Source: Octopus vulgaris
Taxonomy: Eukaryota
NCBI GenBank assembly: GCA_951406725.2
Contig: OX597830.1
Location: 18,414,001 to 18,478,000, forward strand
Length of the DNA stretch: 64,000 nt
Direction: 5' to 3'
Shown here: in pieces, positions 1 through 13,894 of the stretch
How the letters are laid out: each line of letters begins with the position of its first letter
How positions within the stretch are numbered: position 1 is the first letter of the stretch
Notes under the pieces: generated by a model
What the model was told of the DNA's origin: nothing
The model's database searches: none
What the model saw: only the letters and a program-made list of their open reading frames with translations
Position numbers and translations under genes: made by a program

Positions 1-337
1 GACAGATAAGAGATAAGAATAGGGATAAGAATTCAACAATTTTCAATTAGACTGCCATAATGTAAAATATCCTCCTGTGTAGGAGACCATCCCACTAATC
101 ACTGAACCACAGCCATCAACAAGGGAGTCTCTATGTGGTTGTTTGGTCTGCTAGAAATAGCAACCAAGCCTCAAATCACACTCTAGCATCTTAAAAAGGA
201 AAAGGGCAAAAGGAACATTTGATGAGGCAGTCTGACATACAAACATTATGTTTGAATAAAACATAGGACGGTCAGAAACTAGAATAACTTTCCTCAAGAA
301 TTTATTTGATCAGGGTTGACTTGAGCAACAACAACAG

Positions 338-722
338 TGGAGGTGCAATGGCCCAATGGTTAGGGCAGCGGACTCACAGTTGGAGGATCACTGTTTCGAT
401 TCCCAGACCAGGCATTGTATGTTTATTGAGCGAAAACACCTAAAGCTCCACGAGCCTCTGGCAGGGGGTGGTGGCGACCCCTGTTGTACTCTTTCGCTCC
501 AACTTTCTTTCACTTTTTCTTCCTGTTTCTTGTCCCCGACTTCCTATGCAACCGCTGAGCCTGGAAGCTCATTCATCCATCCGTCGATGCTCTCGGTGTC
601 GGGGGTTGACCAGCTTTCTCTTCTGCGGGTCTTACGAATAGCAAACGACCACATTTCGGACTTCTCTCACTAATGGGACGAAGACCGCTTCGCTCAACAA
701 ACAAACAAACAAGCAACAACAA
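338..722 (+). mobile_element. tRNA-derived SINE, family A
   Basis: Pol III A-box (tggcccaatggttagggc) and B-box (gtttcgattccc), shared body 'gagcgaaaacacctaaagctccacg', (acaa)n tail; homologous copies at 12517, 44957 and 51757. Confidence 0.85.
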
Positions 723-744
723 CAAAAGCAACTGGAACAAATAT

Positions 745-1372
745 ATTATTTTTTTATCTTTTATTAGTTTCAGTCCCTGGATTGTGGCCATGCTGGGACA
801 CTGTCTTGTAAGATTTAGTCAAACAAATCGACCCCATAACTTTATTTTTTTTCTAAGTCCGGTACATATTCTAATGGTCTCTTTTGCCAAATCTTTAAGT
901 CATGAAGACATAAGCAAACCAATACCAGCTGTCAAGTGGTGGGTGAGGCAAACACAGAGATACACACATACACACACATATATATATGAGGGAGTGCTGA
1001 AAAATTGCTGGCATTGAGGGTGTCACGAAAGGCCTGGTGAGAGGCCCAAAGTTCTGAGTTCTCTTACAAGGCTTAAAAAAACTGAAGGACCACTGCAATA
1101 AGTGTGTGAATCTGAAAGAAGAATATGCTGATTAAAATCATAATTAACTGATCCTCCTGTATTTTCTTTTACCCAAAGCCAGGAACTTTGCAGCACCTCC
1201 TCTTAAACACAACAGGCTTCCACACAGTTTCTATCTACCAAATTTACTCAAAATTTACTCAGCTGAGGGCAATTGCAGAAGACACTTGCCTAGTTTGCTA
1301 TACAGTAAGACTAAAAATCCAAAATCATGTACTTGCAAAGCAAGCTTTTTAACTACATAGCCTGCTCCTATA
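745..1372 (-). mobile_element. Degenerate SINE family B copy split by a mariner-type MITE
   Basis: Reverse-complement match to the family B tail (745-980) and head (1206-1372). Confidence 0.7.
985..1205. mobile_element. Mariner-type MITE
   Basis: Imperfect TIRs tatgagggagtgctgaaaaattgctggc / gccaggaactttgcagcacctcctctta, inserted at TA within a SINE microsatellite. Confidence 0.7.
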
Positions 1373-1711
1373 CTTACATGTGTGCCCTGAATGCTGAGCA
1401 GTAAAGATAAATACTGCAATGAGATGAATCTGTGATATATAGGAATATTTTCCAGAACTGGTGGCTCCTAGACTAAGCCTTGTGTCAAATCAGCTGATGA
1501 GTAAATCCTTCACATTTAAGTAAATATGATATCATCGTCATCATCATTTTAGCGTCCACTTTTCCATGCTTGCATGGGTTGGACAGCATTTATTGTGGCA
1601 AATTTTCTATGGTCAGATGCCTTTTCTGTTGCTGAGCAAGATAATATTTTCCCCTGACCAGACATGTTTTTGCAGAATATTGGAAATGAATGCATTTATT
1701 TACAACAGTAT

Positions 1712-2370
1712 AGGTGCAGGCGTAGCTCTTACAGGCACAGACATGGCTGTGTGGTAAAAAGCTTGCTTCCCAACCACATGGTTATGGGTTCAGTCTCACT
1801 GCATGGCACATTGGGCAAGTATCTTCTACTATAGTCTGAGGCCAGCCAAAGTCTTGAGTGGATTTGGTAGACAGAAACTGAAAGAAGCCCATCGTATATG
1901 TGTGTGTGAGTGTGTGTGTGTCTTTTTCCCCCTCCCCCATCACTGCTTGACGACTGGTGTTGGTGTGTTTATGTACCTGTAACTTAGCAGTTTGGCAAAA
2001 GGGACCAATAGAATAAGTATTAGGCTTAAGAAATAAGGCGGTGAGCTGACAGAAATGTTAGCACGCTGGGCGAAATACGTAGCCGTATTTCGTCTGCCAT
2101 TACGTTCTGAGTTCAAATTCCGCCAAGGTCGATTTTGCCTTTCATCCTTTCGGGGTCGATTAAATAAGTACCAGTTACGCACTGGTGTCGATATAATCGA
2201 CTTAATCCGTTTGTCTGTCCTTGTTTGTCCTCTCTGTGTTTAGCCCTTTGTGGGTAGTAACAGAAATAGGCTTAAGAAATAAGTCCTGGAGACAATCTGT
2301 TTAACTAAAACCCCTCAAGACAGTGCTCCAGTGAAATGACTGAAACAAGTAAAATAAAAGCATAAAAGAA
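1712..2370 (+). mobile_element. SINE family B (tRNA-like head, internal TG/TA tract, gaaacaagtaaaa tail) hosting a nested SINE
   Basis: Matches the many family B copies; interrupted at 2037-2266. Confidence 0.85.
2037..2266 (+). mobile_element. SINE family C (Meta-domain-like core) with 16-bp TSD
   Basis: ggcggtgagctg head, gttcaaattcc B-box, core gcctttcatcctttcggggtcgat; TSD taggcttaagaaataa on both sides. Confidence 0.9.
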
Positions 2371-3205
2371 TCATGGAATGTCAGGACAAAGATGCACACA
2401 CGCACACATACGGCAAATTTTTACAGTGACCATCTACAAAAGCAACGCACAAGGTTTTGGTCATCTCAGGGTTATAGTAGAAGTCACCTTTCATAAGGTC
2501 CCATGGATTAACAATGTGTGAAATGGTTAGTCATAGACATGATAGGGAGCAGACATGGTATGTGTGAAAGATATAAACATAAGTGGACATAATAGACATG
2601 ATCAGGTAACTACGAGGAGCAGAAACCATTATGGTAGTGTAGATGAGATAGAATAAGGAAACAAAACACCTGTGATGTAGAGGTTGAATGAAGAATCATG
2701 GGGAGTAATTCCAACCTATCAGTCAAGTGGATGCATACTAAACTGTTTGTGTGTGAGTAACAGTAGCAAGGTTCCAGGCAAATTACCCAGGTACAGATAA
2801 TTAGAAGAATAGGAAAATTGGGATCCAATATAGTTGGATCAGACACGAATACATTGAATTCAGAGATGAGATTTAGTATAGTTTCAAACACTGATGTAGT
2901 GAGATTGTCGTTATGACTTAAGTATTAGATCAGATTTATGAATGAAGGCTGTCCAGTCATGACCAGCATACCATTTTTTTAAACATAAAGCCAATCAGCA
3001 GAGTTTAGAATATAAGATAAAATTAGCTTGCAGCATTTGATCTGGCTCTCGGCACTCTGAATTCATATTTTGCTGAAGTTAACTTCGTTTTCCTTTTTTT
3101 TTTTTTTGTGGGAAATGGTCAATAAAATAACATCCCAGCCCAGGGCAAGTGGATGGGTGAAATTTTTAGCGTTGAACAGGATGAATGCCTTGTGGTATTT
3201 CTTCA

Positions 3206-3436
3206 AGGCAGCGATCTAGCAGAAACGTTAGCACGCCGGACGAAATGCTTAGCAGTATTTCGTCTGTCGTTACGTTCTGAGTTCAAATTCCGTCGGGGTC
3301 GACTTTGTTTTTCATCCTCTCGGGGTCGATAAATAAAGTACCAGTTACGCACTGGGGTCGATATAATCGACTTAATACCTATGTCTGTCCTTGTTTGTCC
3401 CCTCTGTGTGTAGCCCCTTGTGGGTAATAAAGAAAT
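3206..3436 (+). mobile_element. SINE family C
   Basis: Full-length match to family C; imperfect TSD ggtattt(c/g)ttcaag. Confidence 0.85.
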
Positions 3437-3739
3437 AGGTATTTGTTCAAGTTCTTTGTGTCCTTGGTTCTTGGGTGGCAGACTTAAGCCATCATTCAGT
3501 GTAACACTACCATCTGATCCTTGAGTGTCTTTATCAAAATTCACTCTGTTGTAAGCATTTGGGTTGCCAGTTTGAGGATAACTTCTTCCCTTGCCTTCCT
3601 GTAACTGGTACTAAATAACTAAATACCATAAGGTAGTTTGTCCAGTTTTACACAGATTCTGTCATTCAAATACCGTTTAGTTGTATTGAATATATTTAGC
3701 AATTATGGAATCATCAATTAATGTAGGTCCAGGTATACT

Positions 3740-3927
3740 TTTCCTGCAGTTGTCATGGTTTTAGGGCTTGTCAGCAATGAAGGACATGTGACACTTCCTT
3801 ACTTCTTTCTACAAGGCCTTAGAGTTAACTCTGCCACCTACATTGAGGTCCTGGAAATAATTATTAAGCCCTAGATAGACAGTGTGTGCAATGGAAGGCC
3901 ATATGTGTTTCAGTAAGACTCTGCACT
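3740..3927 (+). pseudogene. DD37D/maT-like transposase fragment
   Basis: Translates FPAVVMVLGLVSNEGHVTLPYFFLQGLRVNSATYIEVLEIIIKP*IDSVCNGRPYVFQ*DSA, homologous to the 14170-14480 fragment. Confidence 0.7.
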
Positions 3928-4057
3928 AAAGTTATTATCTGTTATTATATAAAAGGATTTAGCAAATCTTATCAGGTGGTGCTATTAAGTTAGACATGGC
4001 CTGGGCCAATCTTTGGTTGAAAAATATCTAAGCTATATATATATATACACCACATAC

Positions 4058-4103
<46 letters not shown>

Positions 4104-4342
4104 AACCCATGCTAGCATGGAAAGCGGATGTTAAACGATGATGATGATATATATATATATATATAAACCCACTAGAAATAACAGCCAAAAGCTGGTGGCA
4201 AAAGAATTCTACAAAATTTTTTTGCCACCCTATATTGATTAACGGTATTAATGTTATTTTGCGGTTAAAGCTTTTGGCTGTTATTTCTAGTGGGTGAATG
4301 GCCTATTATGGCCGTTCCTTGATTGTGATATATATATATATA

Positions 4343-5674
4343 TACTGAACTGCAAAAGAAACGTGAGACATGTGTGACTGTGAAATATGTTTTAATTTCA
4401 TTATGTCTGAGATAAATTTGATAAAATCGATTTCTTGAATGCATTTTAACCACAGTCTATGGGTTGTTGTCATGTGTTCTGGTAGTGAGTGGATCTAGCA
4501 CATCCGGGTTGTAGAATGTGACAAGTTCAATAATGTGTTCAATTGGGTTGAAATCCAGGCTGAGAGCTGGCCACGGCGTGGTTCTGATGTTGTGCTGACA
4601 CAAGAAGCCCATGGTAACCCTGGCTGTGTTCCTGCTGGAACACGTGGCTATGGTGACATGTGAAGAAGGGCACGATGTGAGCCCTTAGGATCTGGTCAAC
4701 ATAGCACTGCGTTGTGATGCAATTCTCTCTGCCTGCACCAACATTTTGGAACACAGGGTGCCCAATTCTCTGATTCTGACCTATAGCATCCCAAACCATG
4801 ATGTTTTGGCCACCCCATGCATCTCTCTCTCTATGACACATGCGTCTCTGCAGCATTCACCCCTCCTATTCCACACCTTCACTCTACCATCTGAGGTTGA
4901 AATGCAGTACTGGCTCTCGTCAGAGAAGACTGTCAACCTCCATTGTTGATGCTGCCAATATCAGTGCTGTGTAGCCCACTAAAGTCATGCCTGATGGTGG
5001 AGGGCGGTGAGGACAGGCCCTCAAGCAGGACGAAGGCAATGCAGGTTGTTGGTGGCCAATCAGCATCATACTACATTGTTGCTGATGGGTCGCTGTTTAG
5101 TGCCAATGGTTTTGTGAGCTGTCACGCTGGTCTGAAGTGATCACAGAGGTGTTGCAAGTGGATGAAGCAGTCCTGCCTGGGTGTGGTCACTCGAGGTGTG
5201 CCCTCTGTGGGCACTGTCTGCATTGCTGTTGGTGTTGTTGTATCAGTGTTGCAGGCAATAGATGGTGCTGGTATGGGCATTTTAAGCTTTTTCCACAACC
5301 AAGGCACACTGCCCTGCTTGCTCTTGGCCAATAGCTTGTTCTCTCAGTACTGTTGGCAATCAGGTCATACTAGATACATCCAAATTACGAATGCCAGAAA
5401 TGTTGTTCAAGTTGATTTTTATACCTATAACCTCCATGAAATGCAAGTGCAGTTTGGTTTCCATGACAATTGTTTGCAACTACCACCCAAGGCATTCAAC
5501 ACAGCTGTGTTTTGGTGTCTCGTTTCAGGGAAAGTTGAAAGGTTACCTGCAGTTTGGGTCTCAGCGATAAACCATGTCTTGGAATATTTACACTTACATC
5601 CCCGAAATAAATTTTCAGAACTTACCATATAAAAATGGCATTTGAAAAAATTGCATTTCTTTTGCAGTTCAGTA
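4343..5674 (-). mobile_element. Decayed Tc1-family DNA transposon
   Basis: TIRs tactgaactgcaaaagaaa / tttcttttgcagttcagta in TA context; minus-strand fragments PRVTTPRQDCFI (N-terminal region) and IMVWDAIG...YVDQIL...VFQQ (DDE region), frameshifted. Confidence 0.85.
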
Positions 5675-6639
5675 TGTAAGAGTTTTTTTTTTTAGTTCTT
5701 ATCTACCAAACCCTTGCATAAGACTTTGGTCAGTCCTGAGGTATAGAACAAGACACATGCCATAGGGTGCTACATAATGGGGTTGAACCCTAAACCATGT
5801 GGTTGGGAAGCAAGCTTCTTAACAACACAGACATGCCTGCATCTTAACAGCCATGCCTTATACGTCACAGCCATGAAGCACCTATAAAGTAAATGTGTTG
5901 TAATTATTGTTGTTACTAAGCCCTGGGTTCAGACCTGATCATTTTGTTGTATTTTTCTGTTTCAAATACGCATTTAGAACTACATTATTTAGTATATCAT
6001 CCCCTTTTTCTCTCATTTATTAAAGACAAAAAGGTATACAAGGGAGATGCGATCCTTGTTATTTCTAAGAACCACAGAAAGGCTTTATCACTGGTCCAGA
6101 CTCATTTTACGGGGTGTGTGTGTGTGCGTATGTTGATTTGATAGATTTAATTTTAGGACAATTTCCTTAAAATTCCCATTAAGATGGTACTAGACAGGAT
6201 GTAGTGGTGAGGGGCCAGACAGACTGCTGGTCCAGATGTTTACATTATTATATACAACTGTTGCTCCAGTTACAACACCCATCCCTTATGCACTGATAAA
6301 ATGAATAACTGACTTGGTGAGACTTTTATCTTCATCTTTTTCTGCTTTTCAAAAAAGGTTTAATCTCTGTTCATCCCTAGCTTCCACTGCTGCTATGCAC
6401 ACACACACACACACACACACACTGTTTATGTAGATGTTCTCATTAAACTTGTATTTCATGCTGGGTACTTCCCAACACTAAATAGAACAAAGAAGCTCAG
6501 AGAGATGAAGAAGACAGTGTCTGCAGTGATAACACAAAAACCAAATTGTGAGATTACCACAGAGTTCAGTCCTGCATGGATGACTTAGGCACTGAGTGTA
6601 AAAAAAAAAAAAATAATAAATAAAATCAAAATTAAAACC

Positions 6640-7048
6640 AATCAACATCAATGGAAATTGTAGCTGTGATACCAGTGCCAGTGGCACGTAAGAGAACCAT
6701 CCGAACGTGGCCGTTGCCAGTGCCGCCCCGACTGGCCTTCGTGCCGGTGGCACGTAAAAAAGCACCGTCCTATCGTGGTCGTTGCCAGCCTCGCCTGGCC
6801 TCCGTGCTGGTGGCACATAAAAAGCACCATCCGATCGTGGCCATTTGCCAGCCTCGTCTGGCACGTAAAAAGCACCCACTACACTCATGGAGTGGTTGGC
6901 GTTAGGAAGGGCATCCAGCCGTAGAAACATTGCCAGATCAGACTGGGCCTGGTGCAGCCTTCTGGCTTCCCAGACCCCATTTGAACCATCCAACCCATGC
7001 TAGCATGGAAAGCGGACACTAAACGATGATGATGATGATGATGATGAT
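6640..7048 (+). mobile_element. SINE-like family D with internal ~60-bp tandem units and RTE-type (tga)n tail
   Basis: Repeated ggcacgtaaaaagcacc units, then ggaagggcatccagc...cccatgctagcatggaaagcggac...(gat)n; copies at 20980, 39493, 43205 and 57060. Confidence 0.8.
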
Positions 7049-7439
7049 GTTTTAATTTCATTTGTACTTGTTAGAGTCATTGGATTGCAACCATACTGAG
7101 GACACAGCCTTGAAGGAATTAACTGAACAAATTGACCCCAGTACTTATTTATCTTTTAAGGTCTAGTGCTTATTCTATTGCTCACTTTTTTTGAACTGCT
7201 AGGTTATAAGGATATAAACATTACATATATATATATTATGAAGTCACTCTTGAGTACTATGGTTAACTTGTAACCCTGTACAACCTGTTGGACTGATGAA
7301 CCACTGTGGGTAGTCTAACAGCCTAGCTATCAGACTATTCATATATGTTGGACCATCAGATGTCAAGAAAAATGATGGAAGGATTCACAATATATTATTT
7401 ATATATGTGTGTGTTTAGAACTACATTTTACACACACAT

Positions 7440-7464
<25 letters not shown>

Positions 7465-7470
<6 letters not shown>

Positions 7471-7900
7471 AAAGAATTTTGTGTGATGAGATAAAAAACC
7501 AAGGCTGTGTAGATAATAGAACATTTATGGATAGAAGGTCTTACAGCTGTTTCCAGGATATTTATTAATTATATCCCTTCATCGGAGACGGTGTGAGAAA
7601 ATAGTTAAGTCATAGTTAGTTTAGATGTGATACAAGATAGAAAATGAGATGGAGGAAAGAAAATAGATGCAAGATATGTAAGGATATTGAAGTTGTAGAT
7701 CCATTTTTCAGAAAGCAAAAGAATAGTTTTGCATTCCATAACAAAATCTTTGTACTATACGTTGACAATTTTTGATAAATTGGTACCTGGAGCAGCTGGA
7801 GATACGATAGTTTGACCAAAAGAACTGGCAAGCAAAATGAATATTGTAAAAAACGCATTTGGCCAAATTTGGATATATGACAGTTTAACATTATAGTAAC
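7465..7900 (-). mobile_element. Penelope-like fragment with minimal hammerhead motif
   Basis: Flanked by TA/CA tracts; minus strand 7538-7589 reads gtct CCGATGA aggga-tat...ata-tcctg GAAA cagctg TA agac. Confidence 0.55.
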
Positions 7901-7901
7901 A

Positions 7902-7952
<51 letters not shown>

Positions 7953-7953
7953 T

Positions 7954-8258
7954 AATAATATGTGACAATTATTCAGTAGCCAAGATAAAACTCTGAGTTT
8001 CGGATGCCGAGGTGGGAATCCACACCACCATCTCTTCGGTTATCTGGCCATCTGAAAAACGCCTTTTTTTAGATAGCATTTTTTAGATGGCCAAATAACC
8101 GAAGAGATGGTGGTGTTGATTTCCACCTCGGCATCCGAAACTCGAGTTTTATCTTGGCATCCGAATAATTGTCACATATTATTTTACAGATAAATTTCCT
8201 CTATTTACATAATATTGAGGTCTCTTTCTTTCTTTTGTTATCTTACCGTTTTACCAAT
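7954..8258. mobile_element. Penelope-like palindromic element with hammerhead motif
   Basis: ~105-bp imperfect inverted arms (7954-8183) plus a unique tail, flanked by (TA)n; CCGAAGA...GAAA ctcgag TT at 8099-8148. Confidence 0.65.
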
Positions 8259-8793
8259 ATATATATTACTTAGCGGTTTGGCAAAAGAGACCGATAGAAT
8301 AAGTACTGGGCTTACAAAAGAATAAGTCCCGGGGTCGAGTTGCTTGATTAAAGGCGGTGCTCCAGCATGGCCACAGTCAAATGACTGAAACAAGTAAAAG
8401 AGTAATATATATATATATAATTATTTTCTATATGGTATAATTTAATTATATCATTGTTAAATTGATAAAAGGTGGTTCTCTAATGTATATATATATATAT
8501 ATATATAGAGAGAGATATGTGTGTGTGTGTGTACTGAATACTATTTACTGATACATACATGATGATATATAGGACATGATATGATGAGCATTGGCTGCTA
8601 TTCCTAGCAAATTAAGTGATTGGATAGAAAAGTGGAGAATGATGATCCATGGACAAAATTTCACCATTAGATAAAATCCTATAAATTTCATGTCAATGAA
8701 CAACAATTGACCTTATTTATTTTCAATACGTTTTTGGCAGATTTCAACAAGAATATGTCATCACTGTTGCTCATTATCAGAAAACATTCTCCC

Positions 8794-9022
8794 TTAACCC
8801 TTTCGTTAACCAACCCGGCTGAATTCGGCTCTGGCTCTGAGTATAAATGTCTTGTTTTCATAAGTTTTGAATTAAAATCTTCCAGCAACCCTTAGTTACG
8901 ACTTATGTTCCTAACACTAGCTGAATGATACCTAAGTTATTTTAGTAAATTCTTTGTTGTATTTAAAGTAATTGAAAGAAACACAGAGCAGCTCAAAATA
9001 AATACAGTAACAAAAGGGTTAA
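8794..9022 (+). mobile_element. piggyBac-type MITE family 1
   Basis: TTAA TSD with ccctttcgtta...taacaaaaggg termini; 5 similar copies in the window. Confidence 0.9.
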
Positions 9023-11815
9023 AGCAAAACTAGATTCACTTCTATAAGGGAACTTTGAAATAACACAGTGTTTCCACCTCATTGTGCTTTCCCTCAGTAA
9101 AAATAAACCCAGGTTAATTAATCTCATACATGCACAAGCCAGACTCCATGAGTTGTAAAATTTGACAATCGTTATTTTTCTCAGCATAAATACTTTCATT
9201 TGTAGTTTAATTTATGTCATACATTATGGAAAATGGAATAATGGTTAGAAATTTCCAGTAGACCAATCACTGGCTGACTGGATTTTTGGTGGTGAGAGCA
9301 ACAAGGGAATATTTAACACAAGACAGAAAATATATTTCAAGGGCAATCATTCATAAAACACTGGCTTTTCTCAGATGTTTATATTTGGTATTTATATTGG
9401 AGAGAGAGAGAGAGAGAGATATATAGACAGACAAAGGTAGAAACAGACAGATATATATATATAAAACTATGAAAATGACAGCATAGAAACAAAATACAAT
9501 AAAAGTTTATGTTATTAGATTCACACTCAGAGAATTAGAAAAGGATGTCTTAACATTTTGGTTTTAAATGCTTCATCAGAACAACAGACAGCTATCATCC
9601 ATCACTTTCACCCTGACAGTTGGAGTTGCCACACCATTGCAGTAGCACATTCTGTTACCATTGGATAACCACCTTGGATTACAAGGGATGCCTTGTTCCT
9701 ATATGTCTATATAATATGTAAATGCCAGCTTTCTACATTTTCCACTTATAAGGCTTTGGTTAACCTAAAGCAATGATAAAAGACACTTGTATAAGTTGTC
9801 ATGCAGTGTGCAGAGAGAACAGACAGATGTGCATCCACAAATTCTTATGACCTTGCAATTTGCTCCTGGCATTAAAAATATTTCCTCACTATGGCATACA
9901 GAATACCTATTTGGTTTGTGATGCTTTGAGGTATTTCTTCCAGCTCTTTGCCTTTTTTGAGTTCAAATCCTGCCATAGCCTACTTGGGTGCCTTCAGAAA
10001 TGTCTATTCTGTTGTAAGGAGTTGGATCATGTTTCTAGTTTGAGAACATCTTTCCTCTCCATCCCACACCCTTCCACCAATTTCGGAAACTCTGTAATGG
10101 GTCATAGGCACTGCCTTCCCCTGGCTAAAAAACATAAGAAGCATGGGTGACAAGATGTGCACAGTAACAGGTGTGTATACAAGAGCACAATGAAAATGAT
10201 AAAAAGCTATTGATGATGATGATATATTTGGTTAGGGATCATTACCTGCTAAGAGAAGAGGCATTCTTCACATCAAAGCTAACCTTTATATCCACCTCTC
10301 AGTATTTGAATGGAAGATATGTAAAGCATACAACGTTTCTATTCATATACTCCTTTGCATTCAATACTGATTAGTATCAGCTAGCAGGGTCACTCATCCA
10401 GCCCTATCACTCCAACCAGCCCCTGGCCTTCAGACATCTATTGATTAATAGGGTGTTTCAGAGCTATTTATCACTCTACCCTTCATTCCATCTACCTCTT
10501 CTTTCTCTCTCTCTCCCTCCCTCCTAATCCATATTTTTTGCTTTTAATCTTTGCTACATCTTGGCAGATACTTTCTCCTTCAAAAGTCTGTGTGTCTGTG
10601 GAGAGAGAGAGAGAGGAGGGGGGAGAAGGGCAGAGTTAAAAACAAATAAAATGAGGAAGAATATGAGGCAAGGAAACAAACAAAACAAATATAATTTGAG
10701 GTTAGTCAAGGAATATATACATTTTTGTTTACAAACAAGAGAAGTACTCAATATATTGTGTAGAGTTTATATCTATTGGGAATCAGTCAATAACTCACTT
10801 TATTGCTCCTCAGATTCATATATGCTCTAATTTTGCACATCTATAAAGGTTCAGAATAAACAGACAGTGACAACAATAACACTGCTTGTAGTGACTATTC
10901 TACAGTGAAAATATAAACAGATGCACACAGACACATACATACATACATACATAAATACACACACACATATATACATACTTGGAAAAAGGATGTCTGGCAT
11001 TCAATTAGATAATAATATAAATAATATATACTCTACTCTATTCTGTTTTCTCCCCCATCCTTCTCTAATTCCATTTTTCTCCCCTTCACCATTTTTTATC
11101 TGTCTCTTTCTCTTTTCTCTTTCTTGTTGCTCACATGTGACCATCGTCCATTTTTCTTTTCCTCACAAGACCATCTTTCTTTTCCTCCAGGGCGTCTTCT
11201 ATCTTTTCTCTTGTCAAAGAAAATATTTCTCCAGCGTTCGCTATTTTCTCCTCTTTCTGGTCTAACAACCCTTCATGTTTGTTTTTGTTCAGTTTCCTTG
11301 TATGTCTCCACTGTCCTGGTTTTGTTCCCAACTTTGACCCTCCGTAAATCCAAAATTTTATTTTGGTATTTATGGGAGCAAGTGTCTTCGAAGACTCATA
11401 GTCGTTCAATGCTCGAGACAGCTGACAACTGATGAAGGGTCGTTCTTTGTGTTACTTGTCCTGTTTTCCATATTTTTCTCTTGTTTGCATATTTAACTCA
11501 TTTGTTTTCATATTTCATGTTGTTTACTATTGGTGACGTCCTGTATCCATATATGCATATATATATATATTTACATGTATATACACACATATATACAATA
11601 GACTTCTTTCAGTTTACATGTACCAAATTCACCCACAATACTTTGGTCAACCTGGAGCTAGTGTAGAAAACACTTGCTCAAGGAGATGTGCAAGAGGAGT
11701 GAACCTGAAACAACATGGTTGGAAAGCAAACATCTTATTTACACAGCCACAAATAGGTTTCTTACAAGCTCTGGCAACCAATTTCATTCTCAAGGTGCTA
11801 GTCAACCTGAGTCTT

Positions 11816-12365
11816 TAACACTTTTGAGACACACGATATTTTGGTACTTGTAGCCAAAACGACCAAAATTTTCATTCTGTTGAGACTCAAATTGATGGTT
11901 GTGCTGAAAACAAAGGATAAAGTGCCTAAAACTACCTTTTTAGTATGTAAAACTATATATATTTTGAAAGCTTATTTATATACAGTACAATACATCTATC
12001 AAAATATGAAAACCTAAAACAACACAGTACATGTAAATAAATAAAATAATAAGCATAAATGTTTCTGTGAAAAAAACAAAAAAAAAATGTACTGAAAAAC
12101 GATCTCTGATTGGCTATTACACTTCAAAACCAACCATTCACAACATTTGTTTCATCAGGCTGCTGGATCGGCTTCCAAGTCCTTTCAGCTGGCATCACTT
12201 GAGCAGATCAATTGGCCCAGGTGTCCCAAGGGGGTTGATAAAAAGCAACTGCCCACAGTGCCACGCAGAAGGACCAGTACACACACTCATACAATTGTGA
12301 CACATGGCAATGCCTGAGCCTATGTCTTGCCATGCCTGTGCTATGCCTGCACACATCCAGACCCA
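11816..12365 (+). pseudogene. Possible piggyBac-like remnant including a C-terminal Cys-rich domain
   Basis: Starts ttaacacttt; frameshifted HHLSR...NCPQCHAEG / THSYNCDTWQCLSLC resembles the piggyBac Cys-rich domain. Confidence 0.45.
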
Positions 12366-12516
12366 TATATAGAGAGAAAGAAAAGGACAAGAAGTAGGGT
12401 TGTATATTGAATACGCAAGCATTTATATGCATAACTAATGTGTAACTTATTAACAATTCTCCAATATGCCAATAGGCTTTGTATCAAATTGTTGTGCACA
12501 TGTGTGTATCCATATC

Positions 12517-12794
12517 GTTTGTTCCTTTCTGAGCCATGCCTGGCTCATCAGGGCCGGTTTCCTTGGCGTATAGGTTCCCCATCCGGATGGGACGCCAGTC
12601 TTTTGCAGGTGAATTGCAAGAGGGAGAGAAAGTGGTGAAAGAGTCAGCAGAAGTTCGCCGTTACCTTCTGTCGGAGCCACGTGGAGCTTAGGTGTTTTGC
12701 TCATAAACACACACATCACCCGGTCTGAGATTCGAACCTGTGATCCCTCGACCACAAGTCCGCTGCTCTAACCACTAGGCCATGTGCCGCCACA
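12517..12794 (-). mobile_element. tRNA-derived SINE, family A
   Basis: Reverse complement tggcctagtggttagagc...ggttcgaatctc; close match to the 51757 copy. Confidence 0.85.
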
Positions 12795-13199
12795 TGTATC
12801 CATATAAACATACTTATTCTCATAATATACATTATGTAGAGTTTGTTGCTATTAAGAAAGAAATAAAGCCTGATCTAGCAGTTCTATGATCAAAGGTATT
12901 CCAAACATGACCATCTCACTTTTTAAGTGTTTGTAAAATTACATTATTCAATGCCTTCTTTCCTTCTTTAAAATGATAGGGCGTGATTTGCTGTTTTTAG
13001 CAAGTAGAGCAGTCACATAGGAGCTTCCTCACTGGCAAAAGTTTTAAGTGAGTGAGGTAGAGGACTACCAGCCTGAAGATTGTATGTTCAAGTCCAGTAC
13101 CTGTATTTTGTTTTGTCCTTGAGATGGACGCAATTCTGTAATCATTGCCAAACAGATCTACGAACAAAGACATTCCGACTGTAACCATACCACTTTATA

Positions 13200-13234
<35 letters not shown>

Positions 13235-13436
13235 AGAACTATCTTCATTATTTACATTTGATGGATATTTGTCCTCATCTTTCAGCTGATATTTTGGGGA
13301 AATTTCGAACCTGGGTTCTCAATCCTAAGGTATTTTTCGATGTTCTTATTATTATTATTCAGGTCACTGCCTGGAATCGAACTTGGAATCTTGGGGTTAG
13401 TAACCCACGCTCTTAACCACTATGCCCGTGGGCAAC
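13235..13436 (-). mobile_element. tRNA-like SINE/repeat
   Basis: Minus strand: gcatagtggttaagagcg...aagttcgattcc (A/B boxes) followed by a non-tRNA body. Confidence 0.55.
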
Positions 13437-13894
13437 TATGGAATGAATTTTAGTGCTTATAAATCTTATATTTTTCTATCCTTCCTTATACCAGTTCCCA
13501 TATGCTGCTCATATCTGCACTCGGTCTGCTTAGGAGGTTGTTTTGTGTCCTAGCATATGTGCTGCTTCTTTTAGTTTTCGTATTTTCCATTGGTGTTCTC
13601 TGTCTATTATTTCCCAGGTCGCAGTAAACTTTTACCAACAGAAGCCTTAAATAATTCGTATCTTTTACTTATTACAGTCATTGGAATGTGACCTTGCTGG
13701 GGACTACCTTGAAGGGGTTTAGCTGAACAAAATCGAACCCAGTACTTTTGTTTTTTAAATAAAAGTCTGGTACTTATCTTATTGGTCTCTTTTGCCAAAC
13801 CGCTAAATTACAAGGATGTAAACAAACCAGCACTAGTTGTCAAGTGGTGCTTGGGGACAAACACAAAGACACATATGCATAATGTATTATAGTA

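Noticed and set aside
5162-5632. 156-aa plus-strand ORF
   Set aside because: Antisense shadow of the decayed Tc1 transposase.
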